Of a DNA stretch of 64,000 nucleotides, positions 60,530 through 64,000 are shown one piece after another. Under the pieces are notes generated by a model that searched no databases, had not been told where the DNA came from, and saw nothing but the letters and a program-made list of their open reading frames with translations. This DNA is from Anaerolineae bacterium (GTDB taxonomy: Bacteria > Chloroflexota > Anaerolineae > B4-G1 > SLSP01). The stretch covers positions 18,480 through 82,479 of the forward strand of contig JAXDDO010000010.1 of assembly GCA_034676805.1 (NCBI GenBank). The letters run 5' to 3'. The translations under genes and the position numbers were made by a program. Every line of letters begins with the position of its first letter. Positions within the stretch are counted from its first letter, which is position 1.

Positions 60530-62167
60530 TCAGCTCTCTGAAACGCCGCTCAGGAATGGTCCTTCTGCATCGTGCCGGCTGACAAAGTGAGCTGATTCGG
60601 CATCCTCGCGATAGTGTGCGCCCCGTGAGTGGCGATTGTGCCAAGCCGCCCGCGTGACGATCCAGGCGGCTTGCGCCGTGTTGCGCAGACCAATCAGTTG
60701 GTCATTCAGGCGCGTCGACCGGTAGAAGTCGTCGATCACTTCCCAAATGTGGTTCAGATCCCTCAGCGCTCGGGCGAGCCGGTGCGTATTGCGAGCCAAC
60801 CCCACGTACAGCCACATGATGTTCTGGATCGTCCGCAAGTCCCGGTAGGCCAGAACCGGGTCAGCGCCGTCCCCCTCGCTCACATCGCGCCATTGTGGGA
60901 TGCTGCCTTGGTCGACCAGGTGGAGGTCGGCTCGCTGTGCCAGGTCGTTTCCCGCGGCGTGGCCCCAGACCAGTCCCTCAAGCAGGGATGTACTGGCCAG
61001 GCGGTTGGCGCCGTGGACGCCTGTGCAGCTCACTTCGCCCACCGCGTAGAGGCCCTTGATCGTGCTGCGTCCTCTGCGGTCTACATGCACGCCGCCGCAG
61101 AAGTAGTGGGCTGCCGGCACGACCGGTATGGGCTCACTCGTGATGTCAACCCCGACTCGCTGGCACGTCTCATAGATCGTAGGAAAGCGCTCCGGGATTC
61201 TCGATCGATCCATAGCGCTCGCCAGGTCGAGCAGCACGTAAGGGTAGCTGTGAAGCAGCATCTCCTGGTGAATGGCGCGCGCTACCACATCGCGTGGCGC
61301 AAGGTCGCCCCATTTGGGCGCATAGGTGTCCATGAAGTGCCGGCCATCCGGCGTGTAGAGGCGGGCCCCTTCACCACGCACGGCTTCGGAGATCAGGAAG
61401 TTGTCCGCACCGGGAACCGCCAGGGTTGTGGGGTGGAACTGGATGAACTCGGCGTTGATCACCCGCGCGCCGGCGCGGTAAGCCATTGCTAACCCGTCGC
61501 CCCGCGCGCTGGGCGGGTTCGTGGTGTGCCGGTAGATGCGGCCAACGCCGCCGGTGGCGAGCACTGTGGCCTTGGCCAACACTCGATCGACCTTGTTCGC
61601 CGCGCGGTCGAGGATGTAGGCGCCGTGGCACGTGATCGGATCATACACAGCCAGAGGATCATTGCTGTGGTGCGATGAGGTGATAAGGTCTACTGCAGTT
61701 AGGCCCGCGCGTAACTGCACGTTGGGGAGAGCGTTGAGCCGCTCGATGAAGGCCCTCTCAATCGCGTGCCCGGTTGCATCCTCCACATGGAGGATGCGCG
61801 AGACCGAATGTCCACCCTCACGGGTATAGGCCAACCGGCCTTCTGCGTCTCTGTTGAACGGCACGCCGAGTTGCTCCACAAGCACTTGCTCAACGAGTGG
61901 AGGGCCTTGCTCGGCCAGCATCCGCGATGCCTCGGGGAGGCTGAGGCCAGCACCGGCGCGGAGGATGTCCTCGGTGAGGAGGTCAGGGGTATCTTGGTGG
62001 CCGCGTGCCACGATACCGCCCTGGGCGTAGCGGGTGTTGCATTCCTCCGGTTCGTAGGTGCGCGTGACGATCAGGATCTGGCGCTGCGAGTCCTGTGCGA
62101 GCCGCAGGGCCGCCGTTGCACCCGCGATCCCGCAGCCGATGATCAGTACGTCGGTCTCAATTGGCAT
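60530..62167 (-). CDS. nadB: L-aspartate oxidase
   Basis: FAD motif DVLIIGCGIAGATAAL, plus NadB blocks (YAQGGI, HGANRLASTSLLEGLVWG). Confidence 0.95.
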   Translation of the reverse strand: MPIETDVLIIGCGIAGATAALRLAQDSQRQILIVTRTYEPEECNTRYAQGGIVARGHQDTPDLLTEDILRAGAGLSLPEASRMLAEQGPPLVEQVLVEQLGVPFNRDAEGRLAYTREGGHSVSRILHVEDATGHAIERAFIERLNALPNVQLRAGLTAVDLITSSHHSNDPLAVYDPITCHGAYILDRAANKVDRVLAKATVLATGGVGRIYRHTTNPPSARGDGLAMAYRAGARVINAEFIQFHPTTLAVPGADNFLISEAVRGEGARLYTPDGRHFMDTYAPKWGDLAPRDVVARAIHQEMLLHSYPYVLLDLASAMDRSRIPERFPTIYETCQRVGVDITSEPIPVVPAAHYFCGGVHVDRRGRSTIKGLYAVGEVSCTGVHGANRLASTSLLEGLVWGHAAGNDLAQRADLHLVDQGSIPQWRDVSEGDGADPVLAYRDLRTIQNIMWLYVGLARNTHRLARALRDLNHIWEVIDDFYRSTRLNDQLIGLRNTAQAAWIVTRAAWHNRHSRGAHYREDAESAHFVSRHDAEGPFLSGVSES

Positions 62168-62193
62168 AGATGTCCCTTTGCTGTAGTTTCATG

Positions 62194-64000
62194 CTAGAGC
62201 GCCAGCATGCGCTCCAGTGCCACGCGCGCCCAGTGGGCTGTGTCGGGCGCAACCGTGACCTCGTTCTCGAGGCGTCCCGCTTGCAGGGCCTCCAGAACGC
62301 CGACCAGATTGCTCAGTGTAATCTGGCTCATAGAGGCGCAGAAGGGTGGCACATCGGCCAGGGATAGGATGAGTTGCTCTGGGTGCTCGTGCTGTAGTCG
62401 ATTCACAAGCCGGCTTTCGGTTCCGATGGCCCACCGTGCGCCAGGTCCGGATGCCTCAACTACGCGGATGATCTTGGAGGTGGAGCCGCTGTCGTCCGCT
62501 AGGGCCACCACTTCGGCCTTTGACTCCGGGTGCACGATCACGCGTATACCAGGATACTGGTTGCGTATCCTGTGGACGTGCTCGGGTCGGAAACGCTGGT
62601 GTACATTGCAGACCCCCGGCCACAGAATCACCTTGCACGATCTGAGCGTCGGAGGAGCAGGCGGCGTGCGAGGGCTCCAAACAACCATGTCGGCTGGCGC
62701 AAGCCCAAGTTCGAGCGCCGTGTTGCGGCCAAGGTGCTGGTCTGGGAAGAAGAAGACACGGGGACGCTGGCCCAAGGCCCAACGGACGACACGTTCAGCG
62801 TTGCCCGATGTGCATACGATGCCGCCGTGGCGACCGCAGAAGGCTTTGAGCTCGGCCGACGAGTTCACGTAGGTAATGGGCGTGACCTCGGCCTCGACGT
62901 CATCCAAGGCTGCGTCGAGCGCTGCCCAGGCAGTCGAGACGCTGTCGGCATCGGCAGTATCGGCCAGGTAGCAGCCAGCGGTCATATCCGGAATGAGGAC
63001 GTGCTGTCCCGGCCGTGCCAGGATTGCCGCGACTTCGGCCATGAAGTGCACGCCGCAGAAGACGATGGTCTCGGCATCTGTCTGAGAGGCCTTGCGCGAG
63101 AGTTCGAGGGAATCCCCGCGGAAGTCGGCGAATTCGATGATCTCGTCGCGCTGGTAGTGATGTCCCAAGATGAGCAGTCGCTCGCCGAAGGCTGCCTTCA
63201 TGTGGCGGATTCTCGCTGCCTGGTCAGCATCGCTGTGTACGGCCCTAGAGCCGATCTTCATACTCAGGTCAAGCGCCGTTACCGAGTGCGTCAGGCCCCC
63301 GACCGAGATGAAATCCACGCCAGTCCCTGCGATGTCGAGAACGCGCTCATATGTCACATTCCCCGATGCCTCCAAGGGCACGCGACCGCCGGCCAGAGCG
63401 ACGGCCTCGCGCATCTGATCGGGGGTCATGTTGTCCAGCAAGATGCGGTCGAGCGGAGGCTCGCAGTCGATTGCTTCGCGAAGTTCGTGGAGGTCGCGCA
63501 CCTCTACTTCGATAGCCAGATCAGGATACCGCTCTCGTGCCCGGTGCACGGCCTGAGCGATGCCGCCCGATCCATCGATGTGATTGTCCTTTATCAGGAC
63601 CATGTCAGCTAGTGACATGCGGTGGTTGCTCCCGCCGCCCATCCTCACGGCATACTTGTCGAGCACCCGATAGCCTGGGAGCGTCTTGCGCGTGTCCAGG
63701 ATCGTGGCCTGCGTTGTCGCCGCGGCTGCTACGAACTTGCGCGTCTGTGTGGCTATTCCCGATAGCCGCTGCAAGAAGTTCAGTGCGGTACGCTCAGCCG
63801 CCAGGAGGCTGCGGCCGGGGCCGGTGACTACGGCCACGACCTCTCCAGCTTCCACAGCCTGGCCTTCGCTGACGTGCGTGACGAACTGCAGCTCGGGATC
63901 CACACGACAGAACACCGCCTCGGCCACCGGTAGGCCAGCGATGACACCCCGTGCCTTGGCGATGATTCGACCTTGAAGGATGACATCGGGTTCCAGGGTG
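62194..64000 (-). CDS. nadC/nadA: Fused quinolinate phosphoribosyltransferase (NadC)-quinolinate synthase (NadA); the 5' end lies beyond the right edge
   Basis: A single frame with no stop. The N-terminal half carries NadC blocks (AERTALNFLQRLSGIAT, LDTRKT.PG.R.L.KYAVR.GGG.NHR..L.D.VLIKDNH, ISVGGLTHSV.ALDLS.K). The C-terminal roughly 345 aa carry NadA blocks (ILGHHYQ, CGVHFMAE, CNVHQRF, VHPES, FCASMSQIT). The frame stays open upstream of the track ATG (63927) to position 64000. Confidence 0.85.
   Translation of the reverse strand, partial: TLEPDVILQGRIIAKARGVIAGLPVAEAVFCRVDPELQFVTHVSEGQAVEAGEVVAVVTGPGRSLLAAERTALNFLQRLSGIATQTRKFVAAAATTQATILDTRKTLPGYRVLDKYAVRMGGGSNHRMSLADMVLIKDNHIDGSGGIAQAVHRARERYPDLAIEVEVRDLHELREAIDCEPPLDRILLDNMTPDQMREAVALAGGRVPLEASGNVTYERVLDIAGTGVDFISVGGLTHSVTALDLSMKIGSRAVHSDADQAARIRHMKAAFGERLLILGHHYQRDEIIEFADFRGDSLELSRKASQTDAETIVFCGVHFMAEVAAILARPGQHVLIPDMTAGCYLADTADADSVSTAWAALDAALDDVEAEVTPITYVNSSAELKAFCGRHGGIVCTSGNAERVVRWALGQRPRVFFFPDQHLGRNTALELGLAPADMVVWSPRTPPAPPTLRSCKVILWPGVCNVHQRFRPEHVHRIRNQYPGIRVIVHPESKAEVVALADDSGSTSKIIRVVEASGPGARWAIGTESRLVNRLQHEHPEQLILSLADVPPFCASMSQITLSNLVGVLEALQAGRLENEVTVAPDTAHWARVALERMLAL

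Noticed and set aside
60629-63612. Plus-strand ORFs 60629-61492 (287 aa) and 62530-63612 (360 aa)
   Set aside because: They are antisense to nadB and nadC-nadA, both unambiguous enzymes. These are shadow ORFs.
1-64000. CRISPR arrays, IS elements/transposases, rRNA, prophage or toxin-antitoxin modules
   Set aside because: I read through the intergenic regions and ORF translations and saw no regularly spaced direct repeats, DDE/serine/tyrosine recombinase signatures, rRNA-like sequence or small paired TA-like ORFs. Absence is by eye only, not by exhaustive computation.

Overview
High-GC bacterial chromosomal segment; by eye about 64-65% GC, not computed. It is densely packed, with about 55 protein genes and one tRNA-Lys. 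I found no rRNA, CRISPR array, transposase or integrase. Gene content suggests a Chloroflexota/Thermomicrobia-like or actinobacterial organism: SARP-STAND-WD40 giants, a second WD40 protein, heliorhodopsin, an ECF sigma factor, and many Gfo/Idh/MocA and glycosidase-like genes. I cannot verify that guess from here.

Layout, left to right:
- two paralogous membrane-anchored binding-protein-like genes, then a WD40 protein
- an acyltransferase / ceramidase-like / DegT aminotransferase operon
- a carbohydrate-processing cluster (8.3-18.3 kb) with an embedded ECF sigma/anti-sigma pair
- an OmpR/HK two-component pair divergent from a secreted repeat protein plus HtrA
- a heterodimeric ABC exporter operon with a long structured leader, divergent from a monocistronic heliorhodopsin gene, followed by ada
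- an MFS + two glycosidase-like genes operon, then tRNA-Lys
- two paralogous exported repeat proteins next to a 1490-aa SARP-STAND-TM-WD40 regulator
- DUF123, Trm112 and small membrane proteins
- a short FtsK-like ATPase behind a consensus promoter with a Cheo-type SOS box
- a six-gene ArsR/ABC/MOT1-like/ABC-2 operon and a HEAT-repeat protein
- purA-purB-nadD, convergent with nadB and a fused nadC-nadA gene that runs off the right edge

Most second-look-worthy:
1. The SARP-STAND-TM-WD40 gene with its two exported repeat-protein paralogs. Their duplicated upstream regions carry four helically phased ACGC boxes.
2. The heliorhodopsin locus: back-to-back consensus promoters and a roughly 300-nt terminator-containing leader in front of the ABC exporter pair.
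3. The SOS-box-controlled FtsK-like ATPase plus small membrane protein.
4. The NadC-NadA fusion.

Many long ORFs in the supplied track are antisense or alternate-frame shadows typical of high-GC DNA. Several track starts are 5'-extended; I trimmed them to starts that have a ribosome-binding site.
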